This document shows, piece by piece, positions 37,909-49,036 of a stretch of 64,000 nt of DNA. Made by a program: the position numbers and the translations under genes. The notes beneath the pieces were generated by a model. It was not told where the DNA came from and searched no databases. It saw only the letters and a program-made list of their open reading frames with translations. Each line of letters opens with the position of its first letter. Positions within the stretch are counted from its first letter, which is position 1. Source of the stretch: Candidatus Freyarchaeum deiterrae. GTDB lineage: Archaea; Asgardarchaeota; Jordiarchaeia; Jordiarchaeales; Jordiarchaeaceae. The DNA is taken from contig CP147778.1 of NCBI GenBank assembly GCA_037305845.1, positions 1,920,001 through 1,984,000 of the forward strand, written 5' to 3'.

Positions 37909-39129
37909 TTGATTAGGTGGTGTTCATTCAACTTGAGTAATTACAAGATACGTATCTATAATGAGGGCGGGGTCGAATTCTACGGGTACGGACCAGATCC
38001 CGAGGTGTACGCTGAAATTCCTAAGGCGTATAATCCCTCTAAGGCAGAGCCGGTTTTTTACAATCCTGTAATGAAATTAAATAGGGACATAGCGATATAT
38101 GCGGTACAGACTTACCAGCAGAAGACAAAAAGAAGCTTGAGAATCTGTGAACCTTTGGCTGGAAGTGGGGTACGCGGAATTCGTCTCGTAAAAGAAGTTG
38201 ACGGGATAGATAGTGTGATAATTAATGATGTTAACCCTAAGGCTTACGAGATTGAAAAAATGAACGTGGAACTACACAATTTACAGGAGAAGATTCAGGT
38301 TTTTAATGAGGACGCAAATCTTTTGCTTACTAAAAATGCTTCTTCTGGGAAAAGATTCGATGTTGTGGACGTAGACCCTTTCGGTTCTCCAACCTCTTTT
38401 CTCGACTCTGCCGTGAGAGCAGTACGCAGGGACAATGGTTTACTCTGCTTGACCGCTACGGATATGGCTCCACTTTGTGGGGTGCATGTAAAAGCTTGTA
38501 TTAGAAAGTATGGCGGAGTTCCCTTAAGAACCATGTACTGCCACGAGATCGCAGTAAGATTACTTATATCCAGCTCAGTTTTAACTGCGGCAAAGAGAGC
38601 GATAGCATTGACACCACTTCTCTCTTATTCCACCGATCATTATACCCGCGTCTATCTTAGAACCAGTCTCGGTGCAAAGAACACCGATGAATCTGTTAAA
38701 CAAGTGGGTTACATTATTCACTGTCCAAATTGTGAGAGCCGCCAACTAAAACCGGGAATAGCCACTCCCTTAACTGATATCTGTGGCACCTGTGGGGGTG
38801 ATATCAAGATTGCGGGTCCCTTGTGGTGTGGTAAAATTCAGTCTGGGGAGTTTGTTGCGCAAACACTGGAAAATGCTAAAGGAAAGGGCGATAACCGAAC
38901 CATAAAACTTCTTAGCACAATACTTGAGGAAGCGGATGCGCCAGCTACATACTATGATATACATCGCCTATGCGACCAGCATAACTTACCATGCCCCTCA
39001 ATGGACAGAGTTATCCGAATGCTGAGAGAGAAAGGTTATTTAGTAACACGTACACACTTCAACAATAATTCGATAAAAACAAATGCATCCATTTCAGAAA
39101 TATCCGGTATAATAAAACAAGCCCAGTAA
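37909..39129 (+). CDS. trm1: tRNA (guanine26-N2)-dimethyltransferase
   Basis: VFYNP.M..NRD, LAGSG.RGIR, DVDPFGSP, TATD, GPLW.G, RTHF. Confidence 0.95.
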   Translation: MIRWCSFNLSNYKIRIYNEGGVEFYGYGPDPEVYAEIPKAYNPSKAEPVFYNPVMKLNRDIAIYAVQTYQQKTKRSLRICEPLAGSGVRGIRLVKEVDGIDSVIINDVNPKAYEIEKMNVELHNLQEKIQVFNEDANLLLTKNASSGKRFDVVDVDPFGSPTSFLDSAVRAVRRDNGLLCLTATDMAPLCGVHVKACIRKYGGVPLRTMYCHEIAVRLLISSSVLTAAKRAIALTPLLSYSTDHYTRVYLRTSLGAKNTDESVKQVGYIIHCPNCESRQLKPGIATPLTDICGTCGGDIKIAGPLWCGKIQSGEFVAQTLENAKGKGDNRTIKLLSTILEEADAPATYYDIHRLCDQHNLPCPSMDRVIRMLREKGYLVTRTHFNNNSIKTNASISEISGIIKQAQ

Positions 39130-39268
39130 TCCTGCATTATATCGGCAGCTCATTAGTAAAGATATGCTCATCAAAATATTAGGATAATAATTGAATACGC
39201 TTTTAAAAATTAAACACTCAAAGCAATAAGTAAAAATTCCAATAAATCAAATTTTGTGAGGAATCAAA

Positions 39269-39544
39269 TTGAAACACGAAAACAGTCGTCATAAAAAAAT
39301 AGAGAATCATAATCATGAACATGAGCACGAAAATAATAGCGGTCTATTTGGAACTGAACGACTGAAGGCTCTAATTTCCCACTGGATAGAACATAATACT
39401 GGCCATTTAGAGAAGATACGAGAGAATGCCGAACTCGCTGAAGAGGAGGGCGCAAGCGAAGTCGCCAAGCATCTAAATGATGCCGTAACTCATATGCAGA
39501 AAGCTATAGACTCTCTAGAATTAGCCCTGAAAACTATAACCTAA
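39269..39544 (+). CDS. Small His-rich helical protein (HWIEHN..H family), putative metal/nickel binder
   Basis: N-terminal HNHEHEHE, HWIEHNTGH. Confidence 0.75.
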   Translation: MKHENSRHKKIENHNHEHEHENNSGLFGTERLKALISHWIEHNTGHLEKIRENAELAEEEGASEVAKHLNDAVTHMQKAIDSLELALKTIT

Positions 39545-39629
39545 AAAAAGCCTTGTATAATTGCTGTATTTTAGAATAAAAATTGAGTTAGGCCCAATGA
39601 TATTTTTTATGGTCGCCTTTTAGGCGCTT

Positions 39630-40589
39630 TCAGATTTGCATGTCTATTTCTAGCCCTAATTTTTCTATAAGTTCTTTGTACCGGTTTCTGATGGTTACCT
39701 CAGTTACCCTTGCGGTTTCTGATATTTCTCTTTGAGTTCGCCTTTCATTCATCAAGATACTAGAAATGTATACTACAGCTGCCGCTATGCTGATGGGTCC
39801 TCTTCCCGATGTGAGTCCTTTCTCGTATGCTTTTTGCATTAATTCCATCGCTTTTTTCTGCGTGGATCCTGTTAGGTTTAGAGCGTTTGATAACTTTGGT
39901 ATATACTCCATTGGATTAACTGGCGGTATTTCGATTTTGAGTTCTCTGGCTATGAACCTATAGCTTCTTCCTATCTCCTTTTTTCCAACTCTGGAAATTT
40001 CGGCTATGTCATCCAGAGTTATAGGTATTTTGCATTTTCTACAAGCAGCATAAAGTGTCGCTGCTGTCACTCCCTCTATGGATCTCCCTCGTATTAATCT
40101 GCGTTCCATAGCCTTTCTGTACATTATTGCGGTTTCTTCCCGCGCATTTTGAGATAGTCCCAAGTGAGATGACATACGGTTTATTTCAGATAGAGCAAGG
40201 GCGAGGTTTCTTTCGTTGGATTCGGATACTCTTATTCTTCTCTGCCACTTTCTCAAGCGATAAATCTGCGCCCTTTTGGGTGGGGCGAGTTCCCTTCCGT
40301 AAATATCTTTGTTACGCCAATCAATCAATGTCGATAATCCCTTATCATGAATTGTAGAGGTAATCGGTCCTCCCACCCTCACTCTCTTCTTCCTTTCGTC
40401 TTGGTTAAAACTCCTCCACTCGGGTCCCGCGTCTATCAGGTGATCCTTAATGACAAGGCCACAATTTTTACAAATTAGTTCAGCCCTTTCATAGTCTCTT
40501 ATCAAAATACCGTTATTACATTCAGAACAATAAACTTTATTTTCTTCTCTCTCCTCGTGTTTTTCCAATTCCGCCATCACAACCACCAA
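39630..40589 (-). CDS. tfb: Transcription initiation factor IIB
   Basis: Zn ribbon, GPEWR.F, HDKGLST, RLRKWQ, two cyclin repeats, [12 protein letters not shown]. Confidence 0.97.
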   Translation of the reverse strand: MVVVMAELEKHEEREENKVYCSECNNGILIRDYERAELICKNCGLVIKDHLIDAGPEWRSFNQDERKKRVRVGGPITSTIHDKGLSTLIDWRNKDIYGRELAPPKRAQIYRLRKWQRRIRVSESNERNLALALSEINRMSSHLGLSQNAREETAIMYRKAMERRLIRGRSIEGVTAATLYAACRKCKIPITLDDIAEISRVGKKEIGRSYRFIARELKIEIPPVNPMEYIPKLSNALNLTGSTQKKAMELMQKAYEKGLTSGRGPISIAAAVVYISSILMNERRTQREISETARVTEVTIRNRYKELIEKLGLEIDMQI

Positions 40590-40603
40590 GTTCTGATGAA
40601 GGT

Positions 40604-40870
40604 TTATTTCCTTCTTTTGGAAAATTTCCGTTTTTTATCGTCTACTAGTTCATATAGAACCTCGCCTACCAGTTTTTCGGCAATACCGCGCTCTACCTGA
40701 GGCTTGACAGATACATAAGGGGCTTTCACGGGTCCCAAAATGTCAAAAATCTCACCCACCTCTTTCATATCTTTGGTTACCACTATTGAGCCAATTTTCG
40801 GGGCGAAGTCTGCATGAATTATCAGGTCGCCATGTGCAGCCAGATGTAAGGGTTTGCCAAGCCTCCTCAA
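40604..40870 (-). CDS. gar1: H/ACA RNP protein Gar1
   Basis: MRRLG..LH, VGEI.DI.GPV.APY; typical position upstream of tfb. Confidence 0.9.
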   Translation of the reverse strand: MRRLGKPLHLAAHGDLIIHADFAPKIGSIVVTKDMKEVGEIFDILGPVKAPYVSVKPQVERGIAEKLVGEVLYELVDDKKRKFSKRRK

Positions 40871-41066
40871 CTATTCTCCTCCAAGTCAAGAATTCGATAT
40901 TTTGGTCTTGGATTAGTGTGTTATAAACTTTATGCTTTGGTCATGTTCTAAATTATATATGCCTAATATATTTTAGGCCAAGCGAATAGAAAAGGTAAGT
41001 GTCAGTATGCCCGTGTCTATGCAAATAGAAACTGGGAAATCTTTAGCCAAAAAACAGAAAATAATT

Positions 41067-41381
41067 TTATTTTTTAAGTTCTCTTTCTTTTTTCCTTTCC
41101 CTCGCCTTGCTCAGTATTTTGGCTATATTCTTAACCACTTCATTTTTATTCAAATCTTCCTTAGTTAGGAGCAATCGGCCTTGTTTATTCCACCAGTTGC
41201 TCGGGTAAGCTGATTCAGGATCCATTTCGAAATTATACCCCAATCTTTTAGAAACCAAAGCAAGTTCCTCTACGGTAGGTGATGGAACAGAAAGTTTGAG
41301 AGGAACTCTACGCCCCTTTTCTCGAGTTAGTTTCGAGTCAAAGTATTCTGGATATAGTATTATCTTGTTTTTTTGCTTCAT
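41067..41381 (-). CDS. srp19: Signal recognition particle 19-kDa protein
   Basis: YPEYFD...R..GRRVP, YP..W...GR. Confidence 0.95.
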   Translation of the reverse strand: MKQKNKIILYPEYFDSKLTREKGRRVPLKLSVPSPTVEELALVSKRLGYNFEMDPESAYPSNWWNKQGRLLLTKEDLNKNEVVKNIAKILSKARERKKERELKK

Positions 41382-41506
41382 TTAGATCACCAGCGAAATC
41401 AGCCGGCAAGAATAACTTCTTAATCATGAACCATGAAGTTTATAGCGTATACTTCTCTGAGAATGTTTTTAAGTTTGCTGATTTTCAAGTTTTGTGGTGT
41501 TTATTA

Positions 41507-41908
41507 TTGCACGAATTATCCACTGCTGTTTCTATTGTTGAGACTGTAACAAAGGTTGCAGAAGCAAATAAAGTAAAAAAAGTCTTGGAGATTAACGTTG
41601 AGATTGGTCAGTTTACTTTCATAAATCCAGAAACGCTGAAATTTCTATTCAAAATTGCTTCAGATAACACCCCTCTAAAGAAGTCTAAACTAAACATTCA
41701 ACTTGTTCCAGGAAAACTCCACTGCAATGATTGCGGATATTCCGGCGACGCGGTTTCTGAGGAGGACCAAAAGAAAGCACATCTCCTCCCCCTTGTAGGA
41801 TTCACCGCCAAATGTCAAAAATGCAATAGCAGTAATACAGAAATAATTGGCGGCAGAGAACTAAACATAAAAAATATCAAAGCCGAGGTCGAGGAAGAAA
41901 GTCAGTAA
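41507..41908 (+). CDS. hypA: Hydrogenase maturation nickel chaperone HypA
   Basis: TTG start gives the MHE motif; CxxC...CxxC, GRE. Confidence 0.92.
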   Translation: MHELSTAVSIVETVTKVAEANKVKKVLEINVEIGQFTFINPETLKFLFKIASDNTPLKKSKLNIQLVPGKLHCNDCGYSGDAVSEEDQKKAHLLPLVGFTAKCQKCNSSNTEIIGGRELNIKNIKAEVEEESQ

Positions 41909-41969
41909 ATAACCATCTTAATCGAAAATGAATGTAATTTTAAAATTTTTACGTTACACTATTAAAATA

Positions 41970-42359
41970 CTATTCTTTGGATTCAATTAGAACTGCATTG
42001 ACCATTCCTGCCTGGCCTGGTCTACTTGTAACTCTCGCTTTTCCTGCTTCGGTGTCGATTATAGCTCCACGGGTTATTATTCCTCTTCTCGAGTAATCTA
42101 TGTTGGCTGGGTTTTTCTCTACATCAAGTATTTTCGTTTTTTGGGTTTTTCCAGATTTTGGATCAGTTACATTCGCGGATTCACAGACCATCATTCTTAT
42201 TTTTTGCGTATGCCCTCTGGTTCTAATAATCTTCTTATTCTCAGTGCCAAGTTGGGGTTTCGATTCTTCTCTTCCGAGTTCTCTTTTACGTTTTCTAGCA
42301 AATTGTTTCAGTCTCGCTCCAGTGGGTTTACGTTTGGATCTTGCTCGCCAATTAACCAT
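41970..42359 (-). CDS. rps8e: 30S ribosomal protein S8e
   Basis: RK.TG.R...RKRKRELGR, RTRG, VTSRPGQ.G. Confidence 0.97.
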   Translation of the reverse strand: MVNWRARSKRKPTGARLKQFARKRKRELGREESKPQLGTENKKIIRTRGHTQKIRMMVCESANVTDPKSGKTQKTKILDVEKNPANIDYSRRGIITRGAIIDTEAGKARVTSRPGQAGMVNAVLIESKE

Positions 42360-42487
42360 ATCTAAATCACCAGAACTTTAAGCTAAACCATTGAACTACG
42401 CTTTTCTTATTAACTTTTTCTATCCAAGAGTTTTATGAGAAATAATATAAGCTTTTCCGAGTTAATGGGCATCTGGAGGAGTTTTTT

Positions 42488-43507
42488 GTGAGTCGCATAG
42501 AACTGGCTATGGGCGCTGGCGGCATAGCTATGAATCGCCTAATAAAAGATACCATACTGTCATCGCTGAAGAAACATAATGTCCAAGGCGGTGTTGGTTT
42601 GGATGAACTGGACGACGGGGCAAGTATCCCTCTCGGAGAAACTGATATCGTAATTTCTACTGATGGTCACACTGTGGATCCGATTTTCTTTCCCGGAGGT
42701 GATATAGGTAGACTCGCGATATCCGGAACAGTCAATGATATTGCTGTTATGGGCGCTAAACCATTGGCTATTGCTAGCGCGCTGATAATTGAAGAGGGAT
42801 TTCTCATAGATGATTTGAACCGTATCCTAAAATCAATGAACGATACCTGCGAAGAAGCAGGAACGCCGATAATTACTGGTGACACTAAAGTTATGCCCCA
42901 CGGTCACCTTGACAAGATTGTTGCAGCCAGCACAGGAGTTGGAATAGTCGAACACGGCAAGATAATTCTTGACGCCGGGGTTAAACCTGGAAACAAAATT
43001 ATAATAACAGGAACAATCGGCGACCACGGTGTCTCACTTCTAGCCGCTAGGGAGGGAATAAGCTTTGAGACGGAACTCAAATCTGATGTGGCGCCTATCT
43101 GGAATATTGTTGAGAAGGTTCTTAAAGTGGGAGGAGTAACAGCGATGAAGGACCCCACTAGGGGAGGTTTAGCCTCTGCTTTAAACGATTTCGCCAGCAA
43201 ATCCAAAACTACAATTTACGTCAATGAGGAGAATATACCCATACGTAATGAAGTTGTTGCAGCCTCAGAGATGTTGGGAATCGATCCGTTGGAAGTGACT
43301 TGTGAGGGTAAGGCTATTATAGCCATAGATAGCAGTCTGGCTGAGGAAGCCCTTGAGGCGATAAGAAAAGCAAAATATGGTGAGAACGCGAGTATAATAG
43401 GAGAAGTCAGGGATGATAAACCTGGGCTTGTGATAATGAATACTTCAGTGGGAGGTAAACGTATAATAGAAACTCCCTACGGCGAACCGATACCTCGTGT
43501 CTGCTGA
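42488..43507 (+). CDS. hypE: Hydrogenase maturation carbamoyl dehydratase HypE
   Basis: FFPGGDIG.LA, GDTKV, DPTRGG, C-terminal PRVC. Confidence 0.96.
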   Translation: MSRIELAMGAGGIAMNRLIKDTILSSLKKHNVQGGVGLDELDDGASIPLGETDIVISTDGHTVDPIFFPGGDIGRLAISGTVNDIAVMGAKPLAIASALIIEEGFLIDDLNRILKSMNDTCEEAGTPIITGDTKVMPHGHLDKIVAASTGVGIVEHGKIILDAGVKPGNKIIITGTIGDHGVSLLAAREGISFETELKSDVAPIWNIVEKVLKVGGVTAMKDPTRGGLASALNDFASKSKTTIYVNEENIPIRNEVVAASEMLGIDPLEVTCEGKAIIAIDSSLAEEALEAIRKAKYGENASIIGEVRDDKPGLVIMNTSVGGKRIIETPYGEPIPRVC

Positions 43508-43525
43508 TAATCTGCTAAATATAAT

Positions 43526-44104
43526 TCACAAACCGTCAGACTCTTCCCCATCAAAAGGTTCGGGTGACGGAGCGTCTAATCGGGTTTGAACGCCCTCCTT
43601 TCTGATCCTCCATCTCAGTTGCTGTTTCAGTCTCCTTGTTTCATGTTCGAATCCAAAGTAGTCTGCGAACATCTCTGTGGTTTGTAAAGTTTTGGTTCTG
43701 CTTGTTCGTTCAAATTTTAAAAATCCTAGTTCTTCTAGTCTTTTTATGTGTTTATAACTATGCGAGCCTCTCATTCTTGCTACTTTTGCCTGCTCTACCG
43801 GTTGCTTGAGTGCAATATATGCCAGAGTTTTTAATTCACCCAAAGACAAGAGTCCATGTGAAGCTACATTCGCGATTTTGCCAGAGTAGTTGGCTTTTAA
43901 TTGCAATGCGTACTTGCTCCCGGGTAGAGCTACAATCTCTAGTGAGCTTCCTCTTTCCCCATATTCGCGAATAAGTTGCTTCACCAATTCATCAACATGG
44001 TCTAAATTGTCAATTTTCACAAGCTCAGCAATTTGCTCAATAGAAAGCGGCCTACCCGCAGCATACAATGCGGCTTCAATAATCTTCATCGCATCCTCTC
44101 CCAT
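43526..44104 (-). CDS. scpB: Segregation/condensation protein ScpB
   Basis: IEAALYA..PLS, TLAYIA..QP, TTE.F.DYFG. Confidence 0.92.
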   Translation of the reverse strand: MGEDAMKIIEAALYAAGRPLSIEQIAELVKIDNLDHVDELVKQLIREYGERGSSLEIVALPGSKYALQLKANYSGKIANVASHGLLSLGELKTLAYIALKQPVEQAKVARMRGSHSYKHIKRLEELGFLKFERTSRTKTLQTTEMFADYFGFEHETRRLKQQLRWRIRKEGVQTRLDAPSPEPFDGEESDGL

Positions 44105-44766
44105 CTTTCCGCCTCCATTAGGTATATCTCTCCAAAATGTTTTTCCTGCCAGACATGTATCTTATTTCTTAGAACAAGAATCAGAATGCCTAAAAGATTT
44201 CTAACAATGTTGAGAGGATTTTTTTTATCCACCAAATCTGAGAATCGGGTTATCCCCCCTTCCTGGGAAAGGATTTTCTGGTAAATGTACTCGATAATTT
44301 GTTCAATATTTATTTTAGAAGTTTCCAAAACAAATGGTTCGGGTTTAACCTCTTCTTTCAATGGTTTCTTAATAATTTTCCTTGTTTCTTCGCCGAGCAA
44401 AACCTTCTCCAGAGCAAGCAAGAGTTCTTCAAGGGTGGCTTTTCTGTTTATTAGCCTGTAGGGCATTGGGATTGGAGGTAGATTTAGGTCAATATCCTCC
44501 TTTTCCTTTTTCTCCTCCTGCTTTTGTCCGAGTTTCAGTAGAAGTTCGGATTTTATTCTGTGGATTATTGAGGCTGATAAAAGGGCTTTGCCTGATACCT
44601 TGTAGTCGACCGATTCTCTTTCTCTCATTTTTTCTAAAAATCCCACTAGAATTCTGCTGATATCAATTTCCCAAGGATTTTCAGCCTTCTGGGTCATGTC
44701 TACTAGAAGTGACCAAGGGGGGTGAATCCAAAAGGGGTCTTCCTTAGATTCAGTCGTTGTCCTCAT
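44086..44766 (-). CDS. scpA: Kleisin ScpA
   Basis: NPWEIDI, K.E.LL, TLEELL.AL, QE..FGEI. Confidence 0.9.
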   Translation of the reverse strand: MRTTTESKEDPFWIHPPWSLLVDMTQKAENPWEIDISRILVGFLEKMRERESVDYKVSGKALLSASIIHRIKSELLLKLGQKQEEKKEKEDIDLNLPPIPMPYRLINRKATLEELLLALEKVLLGEETRKIIKKPLKEEVKPEPFVLETSKINIEQIIEYIYQKILSQEGGITRFSDLVDKKNPLNIVRNLLGILILVLRNKIHVWQEKHFGEIYLMEAERWERMR

Positions 44767-47700
44767 CTCCTTCTTCCATTCTTAGAGAAATGACATCTGA
44801 AACCCCGTCACTGCTGATCACACCAAACACTCTATCTGCTCTGGTGATTGTGATATCACGAAGCGATATAACCATGAACTGTGACTCTTTTGAAAAGTCC
44901 TTAATCAAATCCGCAACTCTATTCGCGTTATCATCATCAAGAAAGGCGTCTATTTCATCCATTAAATAAAAGGGCGCTGGTTGATACTGTTGTATAGCTA
45001 GTATAAGTGCTATAGCTGTTAGAGATTTTTCTCCCCCGGACATAGATTCTATTCTTTTTACATCCTTTCCCGCTGGGCGGGCTTCGATGTCCACTCCACC
45101 CAGAAATGGGTCTGTCTGGTTTTCAAGGACGAATTTTCCTTCCCCTCCTGGGGAAAGCTTTGCAAATATTCTCTTAAAATTACGTTCAATACTGTAAAAG
45201 GTTGCTAAGAAGCTTCTCCTTTTATCCCTCTCCACTTCTCGTATAAACTCCATGATACTTTCTCTTTCTTTTATTAGCTCCTCTCTCTTTTTCAATATAT
45301 CTTCGTATCTAGCTCTTTCATCTTCGTAGAGTTGGATGGATAACATGTTAACTGGTTCCATACCCTTTTTCTCTACTTCCTTCTTTCGTATTAGCTCTCT
45401 TAGTTCCTGAACGTTTACTTTTAAAACATCTTTAGGCTTGAATTCTGGAAACTCTTTTGCTTCCTCTCTAAGTTCTTGAACGTTTTTTTCCAAATGTTCC
45501 TTCTCCACCATCTGTCTGCTTAATTCAAGTTCGATGGAGTTAATCCTTCGAGTGGTAACCTCCAGTTCGTTCCTTAGAACCGCTACCTCTTGTTTGAGTT
45601 TCATGTCTTCTTCTCTTAGCCCCGAAACCTGTTCTTCCAGACTCCCCTTTTCCTCTTCCCGCTCTGTTATCTGCTCTAGTAAGGGTTTGGTTACTTTTTG
45701 GAGTTCGTCTCTCTCTTTGGATACGCTTTCAATCTCTTTTTCCAATTCTTTTGCTAACTTCTTTCTCTCCTCCATTCTTGGAATTAGGTGTTCGGCTGTC
45801 TTTGTTTTTGACTGAGCAATCTGCACTCTGATGCCACTTAACTTTTCTTTAAGTTTGGTAGTTTCCGTTTCCATAGTTCGAGTTTGTGTGTAAAGACCAG
45901 AGGCTCCCGATTCTTCTATGATCCGGTTGAGTGATTGTTCTTCTTCAGATAAGACTCTTATTCTTTCCTCTACTTTTTCTATTTCTTGGGACACTTTCTT
46001 GTACTGTTTCTCCCCTTCTTCCCTCTGTTTTTGCAGGTTCTTTATCTCGGATTCTATTTTTGTTATTTCCGAGTTGTCTTTCTCTATCCTCTCTAGAAGG
46101 TTCTCTAGATTAGCAGAGTGTTTTCCACGGGAATGTTCTTTCTCTTCTTTTCCACCCCTAATTTCAAGATAAGACTTTCTTATTCCCTCAAGTTTTCCCG
46201 TAAGTTCTAGCCTGATTGCATTAAGCCCGCTAAGCTGCTCTTCTAGTTGGGGTAGTTTTTCGGTTTCCAAGAAGGCTAGGGTAGGTCTCCCAACGTAGTG
46301 TCCGCCAACCATTAGGCCTCTTGGCTCGATTATGTCTCCTTCAACAGTAACTTTTCTAATCTGTGGAAGATCCAACTCTTTGGCTATATCTAAATTCTTT
46401 ACTATAGCCACATTACCGAAAACGTACTCGAATGCGGGTCTGAACTTTTCATCAAAAACCATGAGATCAATTGCAGAACCTATAACCCCATGGTCTTTAG
46501 ATATTTCTAAATTGTTTTGTTTAATTTTGTTAAGCGGTAAGAAGGATGCTCTACCTATTCTACCGTTTTTTAGAAAGTTAATACATTTAGTAGCTACTTC
46601 ATCATCATCAACAACAATGTAATTAGCTCGATTTCCTGCGGAGACCTCAAGCGCCAGGGCGTATTTCATATCTGTTTTTCCTAGTTCAGAAATTGTTCCA
46701 TAAACTCCTTTAATTTTTTTATCATCACGAAGCTTCAGAATTTCACGTACCGCTGATTGCCCCCTTAGGAGCCTTTTCCTCTCCTCATTTATAGCCTTTA
46801 TTGTTACCACTTCATCCCTAACGTTTAAAATTAGCTTTTCAGTTTCTTCAATCTCTCGGCGAGTAATATCTTGCTGCTTCTGAATCTCCTCAGACTGACT
46901 GGTAAATTCCTCAATTTCTTTTCTAGACTGTTCTTCCAGTTCTTCCAAACGATTCCTTTCCGCTTCCTCCTCTTGCAAAGTTTTTTTAATTTCTTCTATT
47001 ACAGCAATTTTCGAGTTAATTGATGATGAAACATATTCAACGTCCTTTCTAAAAGCCTCTTGAGTGGTTTTAAGAGAAACCCTCTTCGGAGTATGCGCAC
47101 CTATTTCTTCATGTATTTCCCTTATTCTAGCTCTCAATTTTGAGAACTTTGCATCACTGGTTGTTATCTGGTTGCTGATTTCATCAAGAATATCCTGCTT
47201 TGTCTTAATCTCCCCCTTTACCTCTACCTCTCGCCTCTCCAACTCAACAATACTTCTTTCCTCTTCCTTAACACTACTTTCTAGATTTATTATTTCCTGT
47301 TTTAAGTTCTTCAGCCTTTCAGAATTTTTTTTCAATTCATCCTCTTTATACCTCAAAACTACCTCTTTCTCTGAGTAAACTCCTTTCTTTTCCGTTAACT
47401 CATATTGCAAGTCCCCAATCCTAGTTCCCAAGTCTTCAATGATACTTTTTCCAATTTCCTCTATTCTACCAGTTGAATTTCCCAAATTTTCCCTAAACTC
47501 TTTTTCCTTTTCTTTCAAACTGTTTAGCTGCGCATTGTTATTATCTATTTTCTTCAGGATTTCTGATAACTCCGCTTCTGAGGTTTTCAATTGATGAAAA
47601 ACCAGCTTTGCACGGGCGCTCTTAATATCCTCATTTAGTTGGTCGTATTTACGCGCTACTTCTCTTTCTCTTCCCAATCTTTCAACTACATTCCTTACCT

Positions 47701-48301
47701 CACTCACCTGCGCGAAGTTCTCTCGAAGATTCTGTTCCGCTAATTCTAATTCTTTCTCCGCCTTCTCTTTCTTCTCATCATAAGACGCTATTCCCGCTAT
47801 GTTCTCTAAGAGTTTTCTTCGCTCAAGAGCACCCATCAGAATGAGCTCAAATATTTCTCCTTGAGGGACTACATTATATCCCATCGGACTTATTCCAGCA
47901 ATTTCCAACATGTCAATTATGTCTGTTCTCGAAACCGTCTTACCATTAAGCTTGTAAACACCCTTCCCTGTACGGTCGACTTGTCTGTCAGTTATCACGA
48001 TATCCGCATCTGCCGGGAGTCTTCTATCCGTATTGTCAAAATATAAACTAACACTAGCATAATTTGCGGGAGTCATTTTGGCTCCTTTGCTAGGAGTAAA
48101 AACGAGGTCTGAAAAAGTGCTAACCCTCAACGATTTAGAACTCATAACTCCCAATCCAAAACGAACGGCGTCCAATAAATTACTCTTACCACTTCCGTTC
48201 GGTCCAACTATAGCAGAGAACCCTTTAGATAGGCGGAGTGTCACCTTCTTCTTTCCAAAGGATTTGAAGCCTCTGACAATAACCTTTTTAATGTACACCA
48301 A
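44750..48301 (-). CDS. smc: Chromosome segregation ATPase SMC
   Basis: GFKSF, GPNGSGKSN, hinge GRASFLPL, MSGGEK, MDEIDA.LD; probable TTG start at 48301. Confidence 0.97.
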   Translation of the reverse strand: MVYIKKVIVRGFKSFGKKKVTLRLSKGFSAIVGPNGSGKSNLLDAVRFGLGVMSSKSLRVSTFSDLVFTPSKGAKMTPANYASVSLYFDNTDRRLPADADIVITDRQVDRTGKGVYKLNGKTVSRTDIIDMLEIAGISPMGYNVVPQGEIFELILMGALERRKLLENIAGIASYDEKKEKAEKELELAEQNLRENFAQVSEVRNVVERLGREREVARKYDQLNEDIKSARAKLVFHQLKTSEAELSEILKKIDNNNAQLNSLKEKEKEFRENLGNSTGRIEEIGKSIIEDLGTRIGDLQYELTEKKGVYSEKEVVLRYKEDELKKNSERLKNLKQEIINLESSVKEEERSIVELERREVEVKGEIKTKQDILDEISNQITTSDAKFSKLRARIREIHEEIGAHTPKRVSLKTTQEAFRKDVEYVSSSINSKIAVIEEIKKTLQEEEAERNRLEELEEQSRKEIEEFTSQSEEIQKQQDITRREIEETEKLILNVRDEVVTIKAINEERKRLLRGQSAVREILKLRDDKKIKGVYGTISELGKTDMKYALALEVSAGNRANYIVVDDDEVATKCINFLKNGRIGRASFLPLNKIKQNNLEISKDHGVIGSAIDLMVFDEKFRPAFEYVFGNVAIVKNLDIAKELDLPQIRKVTVEGDIIEPRGLMVGGHYVGRPTLAFLETEKLPQLEEQLSGLNAIRLELTGKLEGIRKSYLEIRGGKEEKEHSRGKHSANLENLLERIEKDNSEITKIESEIKNLQKQREEGEKQYKKVSQEIEKVEERIRVLSEEEQSLNRIIEESGASGLYTQTRTMETETTKLKEKLSGIRVQIAQSKTKTAEHLIPRMEERKKLAKELEKEIESVSKERDELQKVTKPLLEQITEREEEKGSLEEQVSGLREEDMKLKQEVAVLRNELEVTTRRINSIELELSRQMVEKEHLEKNVQELREEAKEFPEFKPKDVLKVNVQELRELIRKKEVEKKGMEPVNMLSIQLYEDERARYEDILKKREELIKERESIMEFIREVERDKRRSFLATFYSIERNFKRIFAKLSPGGEGKFVLENQTDPFLGGVDIEARPAGKDVKRIESMSGGEKSLTAIALILAIQQYQPAPFYLMDEIDAFLDDDNANRVADLIKDFSKESQFMVISLRDITITRADRVFGVISSDGVSDVISLRMEEGDEDND

Positions 48302-48679
48302 GTGATCACTCTCGCCATCAAAGAGTATCCTCATCTAAAAATTAATGTAAACATACCTCGTAATCATAGAAAACCACATTTTCGAGATAATACGCTTGCT
48401 AATCAAGTTCAATTCTCATTTTTTCTTTCCCAAGTGTTTTGTTAATTGCCAATTACAAGTTTTCCCAAGGAAACTAATATTATTTATGTTTATTATTGCC
48501 AATATATTTTTGCCGCCGAAAAATAAGGATTCGTCCAGCGACCGCACACACCTGCTTTTGTAAGGATTCCCTCTGTAAAATTTTGGCCTATGAAAAAACA
48601 GTCATCAGCAAACCATTTACTACCTCGGTAATCAGAAAAGTAGAAAAGGAAACTTTAAAAAATTATTAACCCTTTTCAC

Positions 48680-49036
48680 TTAAAATTGTGACAGAGTCAT
48701 CTTAAGATCCCTTATTATTAGTCCCAGTGATGCAGAAGCGTCCTTACTTATTATCGCCAGTAGTATAGACTTATCAGAGTTCGCCATAACAGCATAGCCA
48801 TTATCTCCCTCAATATATGTCGCATTTACGTTTCCCTTGTCTATTGATTTACTAAGCTCCCTTGCAGAAGCGATCATTACCGCGGCGCTCTTAGCGATTG
48901 CCGAACGATTCATCTGCGTTATTGTTTGCCCAGCAGACATGTTTCCATTCTTGTCCAAAAGTATTATTCCCTCAATTTCAGGAACTTTGTCCATCAGATC
49001 AGCTAAAATTTTCTCAGTTTTCGATTGACTCATCAA
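48680..49036 (-). CDS. Roadblock/LC7 domain protein
   Basis: PEIEG, IDKG.V...YIEG.NGY, LGLI.RD. Confidence 0.82.
   Translation of the reverse strand: MMSQSKTEKILADLMDKVPEIEGIILLDKNGNMSAGQTITQMNRSAIAKSAAVMIASARELSKSIDKGNVNATYIEGDNGYAVMANSDKSILLAIISKDASASLGLIIRDLKMTLSQF

Noticed and set aside
43495-43510. TGA TAA after hypE PRVC as possible selenocysteine readthrough
   Set aside because: PRxC is the normal HypE C-terminus, a second stop follows immediately, and no SECIS was seen.
48520-48610. GC-richer patch with GGTGTGTGC (9-nt antisense to a conserved 16S segment) and CTGATGA on the minus strand, suggesting a C/D guide RNA
   Set aside because: No proper D box (CTGA) or C'/D' spacing; a 9-nt match is not significant.
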